NCBI GenBank assembly: GCA_013239625.1
Contig: MU054212.1
Coordinates: 2,480,001-2,544,000, forward strand
DNA length: 64,000 nucleotides
Source of the DNA: Lama guanicoe
Taxonomy: Eukaryota
Reading direction: 5' to 3'
Shown: piece by piece, positions 24,295 through 36,058 of the stretch
How positions within the stretch are numbered: the first letter of the stretch is position 1
How the letters are laid out: every line of letters begins with the position of its first letter
The notes under the pieces: model-generated
What the model saw: the letters and a program-made list of their open reading frames with translations, nothing else
Told to the model about the DNA's origin: nothing
Database searches by the model: none
Position numbers and translations under genes: made by a program

Positions 24295-25154
24295 TTTCAA
24301 TGGCATCTGTCACCTGCAGAGAGAGCTCCTCTTGGCTCCTGCCTGATCAAAGAGCCAGTTCTGGTCATACATTTGGGACCTTCCCCATCAGCAAATGGAG
24401 TGTGGACATGGGCTGTAGCTCTGGGCTCATACAGTGTGCTCTGAGAATAGATTTAGGCAATCAGGCACTTCTAGGACTATCTGGTGAAGGTTCCTCTGCT
24501 TACTTCCTCTGTGTATGCCATAATTAGCCCTTTTGCTGTGGTTTTGGTGTCCAGTTTTCCAGGGAGGTATTAGAACCTACACCTTCACCGCAGATAGCAG
24601 GCTGAAGTTCAACCCTCTCACTGGGTTCTTGTAGCTTAGAGCTGGTCCCTCTCTTCTTACTCACATATCATCTTTGATCTCCTTCTGGGATGACCTCGAT
24701 GGGTTTCCATCAGATGGTAAGAACTGCAGTCTCTCAGAAGTCTTTCTTTTCCCATCAAATCTCCCACCTTGGATTTTAATATCCTCCTACTAAGGACTTA
24801 AGTATGTCCCACCCATCGGGATCCAGTATCCTGGACAATCAGCCATTCCTGGGAGAAAAATTGGGATGGGACCCATAGAAATTTCCCATCCTCTTCCTTG
24901 CACTGGTTCCAGCAGTTCCAGACTCATCCACTCCCATGCGGCTGAGAGGTGGAAATGTTACACCATTTAAGGCAGGAAATCTGTTCAGAAACCCCAAGTA
25001 CCATAAGGATTGTCTAACGCAAGTGAACTACCTCCAGAGTGTCAACAAGAAGAGAAGAGTATTATTTATCCCTTCTTCATCCTAATTTTCTCTGTCACTT
25101 CCCAAGGAGAAAAAGCCATCTGGATGAGAAAGAAATTTACTTTTTCTCTTGTAG

Positions 25155-25251
25155 ATGTTACGGGAACTTTTTCTTCTGACAGTGCTTTCCAATCATGTGC
25201 TCATTTGCATCTACATATTGTACAGAGTTCTCTCTCCAGCAAACAGAGAAG
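25155..25251 (+). other. Candidate 97-nt exon (probably non-coding)
   Basis: Strong acceptor tttttctcttgtag| and strong donor AAG|gtaagg. No recognisable peptide. Confidence 0.3.
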
Positions 25252-27914
25252 GTAAGGACTTGGATTAGAATCTGCATTATATTTAATTGTAAAACTGCAT
25301 TGTTTGCATTCCCTTCCAACACTTGTGCATCCAAAGGAGATGTGTACCTTTCACTAATTTATTCTTCAAACTTTTATATCATAATTAGATTATGTATCTA
25401 TTTTAAAAGTGAATAGTTAAGTTGTTAAGGATAAATCCATTTCTCTTATGCTGTTTTCTACCTTTCCCAGTCTCATTTGGAAAGAGAAGATGGATGAGAT
25501 CAGCTTGGCTATTGAACTGCCTGACCCTGTGTTTTATACATTTTCCCTACAAAGTAGGTACACAAATCCTTACCCCTTAAAACCAAGAATCTGATACCTA
25601 TTTCTCAACCATAATCCTTAAAATACTCAAGAACCCATCATCCTCTCTTCTCACTTAAGTGTTCCTTGGCACTAGCAAAAACTCTCTCTTAGAGACAGAT
25701 TTTCCTTTAAGCTCAATTTACATGGAATGAAGAGCCTTGGGCAGCAGGTTGTTGGAATTCATTCAGTACCATGTTTGCTTGCAAAAGGGCATTTACACTT
25801 GACATTTTTGAAGATACTCATTTTACAACCCAATTTTCACACTCAAATAATCACCATCTGTGTTGTCCAGTTTAAAATGATCATAGAAAGTAAGTGCAAG
25901 TTGTTTCTCCCCTGCATTGGGTTTTTTTTTTTCCTTTTGTTTCATATGCTTTGTTCTAATTGGTGGGAGCATAATTAAGCTTAGTATTTCATTTCTAAAT
26001 ACTGCTGCTTTATACAAAAAAGAGGGAGAAAGGGATAAATGAAGGAAGGAGGGAGGAAGGGAGAGAAGACAGACACCTGGGAAAAAGTGAAATGAACTAA
26101 GTCCTTGCAAGCTTTTTCTCGTAGAACATTATTTTTGTTGTGTTGTTGTACCACTCTTGCATGCGTTTCATCATAATCCACCAAGTCGGAAAGAGAATCA
26201 ATCTTTACCCCAATTTGAGATTTATTAATGCCTTGAGAGCCAATGTAACCTACATATCATATTCGGTTTATAACTCAGTGCATTTGAAAAATACTTTAAC
26301 AGCATGTTGACTCTGTGATATTCCTGGGTTCTCCCAACCTGAGAAAACATATCCAAATTAAGCAATGGATATCCTAGGAACCTCAGAGCTCTGAACTTCC
26401 CCTTTTGTGTCACTGATCACGTTTAAAATTATTTGCTTTTACTACCTGTTAAGTCCTCTTACAGCACATGCCATGTCTGTTTTATCTACCTACCCCTGGA
26501 GGTACAGGGCCTCCTTACATTATGTTTTGCACTTCCAATGTGCCCTATAAGCACTTACTAACTGAATTAAATCAATGAAGGAATGTTGATTCCTCTTCCT
26601 TTTCTTTCATGAAAGGGAATCTGAGCCCATCATTCCACAAAAATCTCCGTCACAGGAATCATTACCCCTCATAGACCAAAAAAGGAAAAGTCAGAATGGT
26701 TTCCTGAAAAAACACATTTTTCATATTTAAGTTCATACAGGAAAAAAAAAAAGTCAAGGGGAAACTGTTATTCTAAGCAATTGCAGGATTTCTTGAAACT
26801 TTCCGGTCTCAGCTAGTTTGACAGTATTTACAGCTCAGCCTGGTCAAAAATATTCTTCAATGAATTTGCGTCTATTTTAAGATGGGGCTAACACAAGCTG
26901 AACCTGAGCAAATACAAAATTCAGTCTATTACCACTCTGCATGAAGTGTTCACAGGACACGGTGACCATTCCACAGTAAACAGATATTACACCAAGGCAG
27001 GCAAGACGGAGATGGAAACCATATGGGTTAGTAGTGGAATAACACAGTTTATCTCCACAGGTGAGAGGAAGTGCCGATGGGAGTAAATACTGTATGTCAC
27101 TAAATTTAAACCAAACACATAATAAGAGCTCTGTTTTGATCTTTGTTGGAAGAAAAACAAAGATGTTGGACAACTGGAATAAGTAAGCACCTCTCTGTTC
27201 TCCGAGGGGCGGCATGTTTTAACCTACATATTGCTCCATTTTGACAGACCCCCATTGGAGCACATCTGGAGAGGTAGAGCAGTTTAACATCTGTGCTCCT
27301 GAAAATTAAGAATTATTATTGAAAACACATCGGTGACCATGCATGGGTTTCTATTAAGCCACGTGATGTACTTAACTGTTTTTTAAAAATCTTTTACCTA
27401 GGTCAAGGTTTTTCCTCCCAAAAGCATACTCTCGTGGTATCACGCTTCTAAGCAATACTTTCATAAGTACTGGCCAAATCTAGAAAAGTCTAAAAAATCC
27501 AAATGAACTGGAATTAGTAGCATGCTTTCATAAGATAAAAGAAAATGCCTCAATTCGTAAAATTTGGACACACGCTATGCTTATTCCACGTGGACATTCT
27601 ACACATGGACTCACAACTTCCTCTATAACCACACAGACATCAGAGAAAACACACGGATGTGCTGTGATTTTGAAATACAGATTCATATCAGTTAAGAAAG
27701 TGTCCACCTGTCAGTTTTTGTCTGCCATTTTTAGGGCAAGATGAAGGTAACAAAGTTGACCTCTGAATTGGGGTCTGGTGGTCCCCTGGCCTTCTAGGAT
27801 GGTCTCCACCATCTTGTACTATGAATGCTCACAGTAACAAAATATACCTATGCCTTTTTCCTGAAGAAATCATCTATTTATTTAAGATACAAAAATCAGA
27901 CACCATCTTATTGA

Positions 27915-28340
27915 TGTATTAGGGTCATACTGGCTATCATGACAAATAAGTTCCAAAATTTTAGTGACTGGACACAAGAGAATTTGTTTCTCATTTATCT
28001 AACAGTCCAATGAGGGTTTTGTTGTTCACTTGAGTGGTTTGCCTCCACATGGTTACTTAGGGATCCAGGTCCTTCCATCTGTATTGCCATCATCCCCGAG
28101 GTCTCTGCTTCCAGACAAAGGAAGAAGAAAAGAGAAAGTGGAGAGACCTCTATCATCTTGAAAGCCTCAGCCTGATGGTGACTGCATATCCCCTTATGGT
28201 TTTTTTTCCCCCTTATGTTTTACTGGAGAGAACCAGTCATGCGGTCACCTGTGGATGCACAAGAAAGTGGACAGCTGTCTCCTAGTGACAACTCCACATC
28301 CAAGAGGGGACACAGATACTATTCTGATAAACCATCTACA
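27915..28340 (-). mobile_element. MaLR LTR (MLT1K/L-like)
   Basis: tgtattagggt..ttagtgact..tttgtttctca; agggatccaggtccttccatct; ggagagaaccagtcatg. Confidence 0.75.
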
Positions 28341-29508
28341 TTATGGTGTCTAATGTAAATCAATCCTGGTTTCCTCCTCACTAATTCCCAAGAGACCCAA
28401 TTTTGGGCAGGGTCACTTGGGGGCATGAAATAAGTGGACTCTGGGGTTTTTTCTCTCCTGTTTCTCCACCCACAAAATGTCTTGAGGACCAGATTCATTT
28501 GGAAACTGGTAGATAAGTAATGATTCAAAAAGTGGTCAAATGTCCAAATGTACCTTTACCAATTTCTGCTGGCTGCTCTTCCGAACCCTGGAATAACTTT
28601 CAGAGTTAAAGTTATGCATTTTACATTGTTCTATACCTGAACTTGGAAGCCCTTGAAATGGATGCATCGTGCAAACAAAAAAGCAATCATTAGTTATGGG
28701 TTCAGGGTCACTATAAAGAAAAGGTATTTGCTTTTTACATGTTTCCACAAAGGAGCTACTCAATCCCTAATGTCACTTGGCCCAATTAAATATATAAATG
28801 GCAAGGGGCCAAGTTAATTACAGCTCTAGGGACTCGGACTAGGCCAGGCTAGAAACAGAGTAGCAGGAAGAATAGCCAAACCTTATACCTTGTTTTGAGT
28901 CCAAACAAAGCCTTTGCCTTCACTTGTCCATAAGGGGAATATTTTGATCTGGATGTAAGGTGGAAGCATTCTGAAGAGCTTTGGCTCTTGATCCTTATTC
29001 TGGAAAAAACTAGATGACTATTAACCAAACCTGAAAAGAGAGAGAGCTGAAATAAGGCTCCTTGTAGCCTTTGGAGAGGCAGACACAAAATGTTTAGCCA
29101 TTCCAACTCTTTATGTCCCCTAAAAAAGGTCACAAATAGTTTCTGAGGGAGCCACTCTCCTAGGAAAAGTGCAATGATGTGTAAGGGATATTTACATTTA
29201 AGCAAACACTGATCCTTTCCATCTGGCTAAACACTCCTGGAGAGCATCTTGGAAGTCCTGCCCATCACCCCTTCTGCTGATTAGGCTGCTCTGGGCCTCA
29301 AGAGTTCTGCCCTGGAGGAGTGTCAGCAAAGCAGTGAGTGCGTCCAGATGTGGACACTTCCTTAAAGGTGAAGTACAACAGGGGGAAGAGATTAATCTGC
29401 AACGCACTGAAGTCAGATTCTCGGTAACCCAGCAATGTGTTAAATGAAAAGGGAAAGATGTTGTTGAATTTTATCTCCAAGTGGTGTCATTATTTCCAAC
29501 TAACTTAC

Positions 29509-29624
29509 TCCTTCAGGCAACCCAGACAGTTTGTTTTGCTGAAGCCCTTTTCCTAACGTCGCACACGCCCTCCTCTTGCTAGAACCTGGGGAGGAATGAC
29601 AGCAGCTGAAAAAACATTCCAGTC
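29509..29624 (-). other. Candidate non-coding exon
   Basis: Minus strand: cccttcttcccctttccccag| acceptor (exon start 29624; alternative 29585) and GGA|gtaagt donor (exon end 29509). Confidence 0.3.
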
Positions 29625-31169
29625 CTGGGGAAAGGGGAAGAAGGGCTGGTGATTACTGAGCGGGTGAGGCTGGCAGGTCGTCACACGAGGTGCAAGTCTC
29701 CGTCTGCATCGGGGACACAGGGATTGGGGTTGGGGGCAAAGGCTTTTTTCTTGGTTCTGCGAATCACAGAGGGTTAAAGTTCAGGGAGGTTTTCTTGGAA
29801 AAGCAGAAAATAAAATTCTTAATGCTATGTATAGTGCAGCTGGAATGTGATATTTCCTTCCACTTGTTAAATTGGGATTTTTGTTTTATGTGCTTCGGAT
29901 TTAGCTCCTGGGTGCTCTCTGCTTAGTTTAAAAGGGTTTCCATCTCCACATTGTCATACATGGAAAAAATATACCGAGGCAGTGCACCGTACATCGTGAC
30001 TTTTATTTCGCTGTCAGACTGCAAGTTACAATATGCCTGTGTGCATTAAAGACTCAGGGGCTTTAAAAAGGGGACGGATCCCTTCACACGTCCTACAAAG
30101 AGAGCTACAGCCCTAGAGGGAAGAGCTGGAAACAACGGCTGCCTTCTTAACGTGCATCGACCACACATCCCAGGTTTCAGCCACGGCTCCAACTGCCTGT
30201 CACTATGTTCCTTTCAATAAAGGCCATTTATTAAAAACACAACTAAAAAGAAGTTTTTGTCCAACAGCATGGACTGATTTGGGGTTCATTCAGAAAACAC
30301 ACCCATTATATGCATGCACTAGCTGGCCATAAGCTTTAAGTGGCTTGGTGGATTTTTCAGGAGCCGTTGTAGACTTCTGGGGTCCATCCACACTCAAGGG
30401 CCTGGTTCCCTACCAAGCCAACAACAGGCTTGCTGGGCAGCTGCCTCAGAGAGGGGGAGCTCTCAGACCCCAGACAGAAACCTTAAAGCTCACCATGTGC
30501 TCCCCACTGGAACAAACAGCTGCACATAAACATGCCATCATGTCTGGGGACTTGACCAAATGCTGCCCAAGTCTGGGATTCTTTTTATTATTCCAAGCCT
30601 TATACAAGCCATCCACTTAGCTCCTAGGGGGCAAGGAGCTCTATTGAAGGCCAGACTGATCACCAACCCCTAGAAGCACTGTGGAAGCTGGAAACTACTC
30701 ACTCCCCACCGATGAACTTTTGGCCTCCTTCCCCATGAGAGGTAAAAGCAAATGCTCACTGTGGACTGGAGGCAGCCAACTGGGGTGTTTGTCAGAGATA
30801 CTACAGGCAAGGGGACCATATGCACCAAACAGATTCTTGACCACTGTGTGCAGACGGCACTGGTGTTAGAATGAGGGAGCTAAGAGAGATGAATTCAGAA
30901 TTTAAACAAAGAACTGGCAATCTGCCTGTCAGTCACTGGAGTTCATAAAGCCAGCGTGCAGGTAAATATCCATCTCAGCCAGCAAGCTACAAGTTTTCTG
31001 CTCCGTAACAAGGTTTTCAGGAAGATGAACTATTTGTAAGGAGAGACTGAGAGAGAAACAGAGAGTCAGAGAATGAGCGAAAGCCCAAGAGAGAGTCAGC
31101 CAAAACAGAATGGAACAGTGAGCGGCAACAGGAGGAAAGGAAGAAAATATGGTTTCTAAAAAAATCTTC

Positions 31170-31290
31170 ATTTCTCCTGAAAGAGGGCCTTAAACATATT
31201 TTATAGACCTCTCCCTTGGCTTTTGGATTCAGAGGTACCCAAAAGAGAGCAAAGCCTAGCGCAGAGCTGAGAGTAGTTTTATTTACACCA
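31170..31290 (-). promoter_or_regulatory. Candidate TATA core promoter
   Basis: TATAAAA on minus at 31199-31205, CA initiator-like dinucleotide about 27 nt downstream, forkhead-type GTAAATA at 31280-31286, in repeat-free sequence. Confidence 0.3.
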
Positions 31291-32739
31291 CCTAGCAGTT
31301 CAGAACTCCCATTGTATTCTCGGCAATTTGACTGTTTGGTCACGCCTCCTAATAAGTGAAATGTTACACTGGAGTATTTGTTTAAACCTTGCAGCTTCAG
31401 ATACAGTAAGTTGCTGAATGATGTTTGCTAATGGCACACATCCGATAATTCCTATAATGTGAAATCTCAGCCAGATTTAATGTTTCATTTCCCTGGGATT
31501 CACTCTGAAATTATTACAGACATTATGTATTCCGCTCCCCGGACTTGGAATTAATTTCAAAACAGAGTAAAAGTGCATCCATTTGGGTGCCTTGGGGGAG
31601 TTCAGATTGGTAACATTCCATTTACCCTAAAGTTTCTCAAGTTTAAAATACCTTTTCACTTTACTGCATTTGATCTGGGTTCAGTAGCTACATGGCATAG
31701 CCACCCAACACCGCATTTCTGTTTATGTTTGTGGTCCTGTATGTGCCTTTGCTTGATGAGTTCATACTCTTGCAAAAACTATACTGATCTTCCAAGGTTT
31801 TATCTTCCTAACTAGAAGGCACCTTTATGTGGTTATCATGATACAAGACTATGGCCAACTTGCAATGACCTGGTAAAAAACCGTCATTAAACAGTCACAT
31901 CTACATCTTCTTTTTATGAGCATCTGCTACAGAAACAGAATTCATGACATGCATTGCTTTGATTAATCAATCAATGCATTGGCTACGCTTCCAATACCTG
32001 GCTCAAGTAGAAAGCTCAGTGGCTGGAAAACGTCCAAACATTATAGAATAAAACAACCAGATCTATGTTAGGTTGTGATCCAAAAATTCCCAGACAATAA
32101 ATCTTTAATTTGCTATCCTGGCAACTCTCACCAAATATGAATTAAAAGAATATTTTCCATGCAAAGCTTTGAAAGTATTTGCCTCCTGAACAGTTTTAAA
32201 AGTTTAACCTTTAGCTGAGGCACACTTCCTACAGTCCAAAAGGAAGCCGAGTGAAAAAAAGACATCAAGGGATTAATTCACAAGTTTTACCCCAAAATGA
32301 ATGACAGCTGTTTGGGATTTCAATTGCACTGACGTCCCATTAGGTTCAAAACATCCTGGGTCTTGCAATTACCTCAAAGATTTAATAAAACCTTGTTAAT
32401 AAAAACTTCACCTCCCCAGTCTGGTCTCAGCCACTGAACTCACACACGTATCCTACAAAGAACAGCTTTGAATGAACTCCTAAGCAGGAAGAGAAGGCAA
32501 GTGGTTAGTTCTTCCCAGAATTTTTCATTCTTGTCAGATCTTATTTTACCATCTCTCCTTCTCTCGCTGCATGGGGTGGGTGTGGGGGGAGTGAGGATAA
32601 GAGATAGTGTCTATGGTTTTAGTTTCCAGTGAACAGACCAATGGATTGTAGCCTTAAAAGTTTGCTGGAAGTGGCAGAAGCTTTGGAAATTTTAACTGCC
32701 TTATACCCAAAGAACTGATGCAAGAATTTTAAAGCCCAT

Positions 32740-32860
32740 TAGACATCATTCAGAGGTCTAATCCTCTCATTTCTCACCTAAAAGAAGAAATGGTGACCAA
32801 AGTCGTGGTGCAGCTGTGAGAGGTGGGGACAGGGGCGGGGGTCAAACCCTCTGTCCCAAT
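32740..32860 (-). mobile_element. MIR fragment
   Basis: gtctaatcctctcattt..gaagaaa..ccaaagtc..cagct. Confidence 0.5.
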
Positions 32861-32984
32861 CATTTCACACAATCCCCTGGATGATTCCTATTTCTCAACA
32901 GTTTCCTCGGTGAGACTGAGCTCACAGAGGGCCAGGCAATGTCTTCCTTGTCTCCGTATCTTCAGTGCAGTAAAGATTTTTTCC

Positions 32985-33595
32985 TTTCTTTTTCCTCCAA
33001 ATAAAAATAGCTTTGTCTTTCCCTCAGCATATACATACCTTATTAACATACATTCTCATAGTTTAAAGAAAAATCAAAACTGCTGGAAAGCCCATCAGTC
33101 ATATATGCCCATTGTTAGTGTTTAGGTGAAAACCTTCCAGAAGATTTGCTGTGCCTAAAGGAATTAAATTCCTACTTAGCCTCCTATTTTTTCCCCTCAA
33201 CAATACAGTAGGGATATCTTGCAATGCTGGTGAGTATAGATTTACATCATTATCTTGAAGCACTGTATAGGGTTCTCTTACACAGGTATATTATAATGGA
33301 TTTGACTTAAGCGCTTCCTTTTTTGGAGCTTTTGGTCATTTCGCTTTCTTCATGACCATAAATAATATTGTAGTAAATAGTCTCATGCATGCAATTGTGA
33401 ATTTTTACAATTTTGTTACATACCGCAAAATTACCCTCCAGAAATGTTGTAACAAATTTTCAGCTCTCACCAACTTATTAAAATGTACATTTCTCCACAC
33501 CCTTACCAACGCTGGGAGTGTCCATCATTAAATGTTCCAATATTTTGGCCAAAAAAAAATTGTTTCAGGTTCCATTCGAGGGGCTTATTAATGAG
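32985..33595 (-). mobile_element. L1ME-like 3' fragment
   Basis: caaaattaccctccagaaatgttgta..ctcaccaac..tttctccacacccttaccaac. Confidence 0.7.
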
Positions 33596-33609
33596 GTTTT
33601 TGCATTTGT

Positions 33610-34480
33610 AAGGACTTGATTGAGAGCCTCTCACTCCCCAGCCATGATGCTATGTCCTGGGACCACAGAAGTACATAAAATAGATTCAGTCTCTGTTCTT
33701 GCATAGCTTACTAATTCTAGTGAAGACACAGATGATGAAAAATAAAATAAGTAAATAAATACCAATTACCAAAAAAAATCTGTGAAGGAAAGAAACATTA
33801 CATTGTGATAAAGTGTAGTGCTTGTAGACAGTGTGATTCGGAGAGTCCCAGCTGAGGAAATGACAGTGGGGCCAAGACATGACAGCTAAGAAGGAGCCAG
33901 TCACAGAAAGAGCAAGGCCAATGGCCTTCAAGGGAGAGGAGCAGCAGGTGCAACGTCCTTGAAGAATAGAGAGCAGCCCATGGCGTGCCTGGGAAACAGC
34001 CAAAGGCCGATGCGGCTAGGAAATAGTGAAAAAGAAACAGAATGGAATGCAGTGTGACTGGAAAGGGGGCCAGGAGCCAGGTCATGGAAGGCCTGGAGGA
34101 CTTGGAGGACTCTGAATTTTATGCAAGTGCCGTAAGAAGCCACGGAAGTTTCCAAAGCTGGGGACTGACATGACCTAATTCACGTGCTTAAGAGGTCACA
34201 TGGAAAACAGACAAGAAGGGACCAGGGGAGGAGAAGAGAGAGCCATTAAGTAATTGCCTCAGTTGAGCAGGTGCAAAGTCCAGAGCTGGGGCTGCGGAGA
34301 CGAGGAAGAGGCACAGGCTGAAAGTGCATTTTGGAGCTAGAACTAGTGATAACTGGTGATCGGCAGGAACTGGGGTTTGAATAAGGGGAAGGATGACTTC
34401 CACATTTCTGATTCTAGAGGATGAATACATGGTGATGTCATTTGCTAAGATGGGGAAGTCTGAAGGGGGAACGTATTTGG
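33610..34480 (-). mobile_element. L2 3' region
   Basis: ttgagagcct..gcttactaattctagt; ccaggtcatggaaggcc..gacatgacctaatt; ggatgacttcc. Confidence 0.85.
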
Positions 34481-34499
34481 TGGTAAATCAAAGATTCCA

Positions 34500-34905
34500 T
34501 ATTAGCACCATTTATAACAGTAAAAATCGGAAACTAAATGTACAGCAATTGAGACAGTTTACTAAGTTACAGTATGTGTGAACATATATTATGCCCCCTG
34601 TGAAAATCATGATTTTGAAGAATGGTTATTTTTTAGAAAAATGTTCATAATACGTTAAGTGAAAAAGAAACACATTACTGTTTATACAAGATGATCTATA
34701 CAAATATAAGTATAGAAATAGACATAGATTTGAGATAGAGGGAAAAAAAAGTAGGTTAAAATACACTGACATGTTCATAATGGTTATATCTTGATGGTAG
34801 CTTACAAGTAATTTTTATTATTTTCTTTATGGCATTATTTTCCAAACTTCCTCTAATAAATATGTGTGGCTATTATCACCATCAAACCAAATGGTTGTTA
34901 AAAAA
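34500..34905 (+). mobile_element. L1ME-like 3' end
   Basis: ggaaactaaatgt..aaatgttcataatacgttaagtgaaaa..tggttatatct..ttttccaaa. Confidence 0.7.
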
Positions 34906-35599
34906 AAATCAGTTTATCTGCAGCAAATCACAGGGTAGATTTGGGACGAGTCATAATTAAACTGTATAACCCAATGGAAATAGATAAAGCACACTATTGT
35001 GCTATCATGTCTTAGCTGAAGGCCTTGACGGTTACCACGGCTATTTTATTTACAGACACATGTTTTGTCAAATGAAATATGTGTGCATTTCCAGGCTAAT
35101 TAATGGAAGACTTAAGACTGGAACTCAAGTCTCCTATTTCACAGTCAACTGCTTTTTCCCACTGAATCCATCTCGGCAGCAGGCACACTCATCTGATCTT
35201 ATCATGGACACTGAGAATGGCAGGAATTCTGAGAAACACTCTGGGCCAAACACACTCACAGGCAGAGTAGGAGACCACCAACGTAGTATGACTTCAGGGG
35301 CACCAAGCATTTCCACCCATCCTCTGTCCCTCTTTCATCTGCTTAGCTAATACCTGAAATTATTTTTTAAAGGATCACATCCCTTTATTCCATAATAAGA
35401 AATGAGGCTTAAAAAGTATATATTCCTGGAAGAGGGGATATCTTGGATTAAAGTCACCCTAGGCGTTCGAAGCTTTTATCAAATAGTTTCCTGAAAAAAG
35501 GTTTTGAAAGGGATACCTGAATGCTGGATGCCTAGAAGTTGAGGATTTTTAAAACAAGTTGAATAGAGAGAGGGGGGATGAACTTGACAGAAATGATAA

Positions 35600-36058
35600 A
35601 GGGAACCATATTTAATGACTACTCCTGTATACTGGCCACTTGGCTAGTTGCTGTATATACATGGTATTTAACCCCAGACCCCAGCAAAGCAGGATTATTA
35701 TTCCCAACTGACATTCATTCATTCAACAAATAATTATTGAGAATGCATTGTAAATACTTGGCATTCGTCTGGTTCTTGGAAATACTGCAAAAACAAAACA
35801 GGCAAAGCCCCTGCTTTCATGGAGCTAATTCAGAGAACTTGCTGGGGGACAGATAACACATATTTTTAAATGAATGTATAGTATAGCAGATGGTGGTAGG
35901 TGTGCTAAGAGGAAAAGTAAAGCCGAATAAGAGGATAGCAAGTGAGAGGCAATAAAAAACATGTCAAGACCATACAACCAGCAGGTGGCTGAGCTAGGAC
36001 CAAACCCAGGATCTGTCAGTCTCCTAAGCCCTGCTCTTCCCTGTGCAATACTGCCTCC
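35600..36058 (-). mobile_element. MIR interrupted by an L2 3' end (about 35712-35950)
   Basis: MIR halves (tattattcccaa / caagaccatacaacc..gagctaggaccaaacccagg) flank cattcattcattcaacaaata..ctgctttcatggagct. Confidence 0.75.

Noticed and set aside
24549..24563. miR-145-like start (gtccagttttcc)
   Set aside because: Only about 12 nt match, the 3' half differs, and no precursor hairpin is visible.
27139..27164. Hairpin atctttgtt..aacaaagat as a miRNA or terminator
   Set aside because: A 9-bp AT-rich stem is too short and is expected by chance.
34503..34513. miR-29-like tagcaccattt
   Set aside because: An 11-nt match inside an old L1 fragment with no hairpin.
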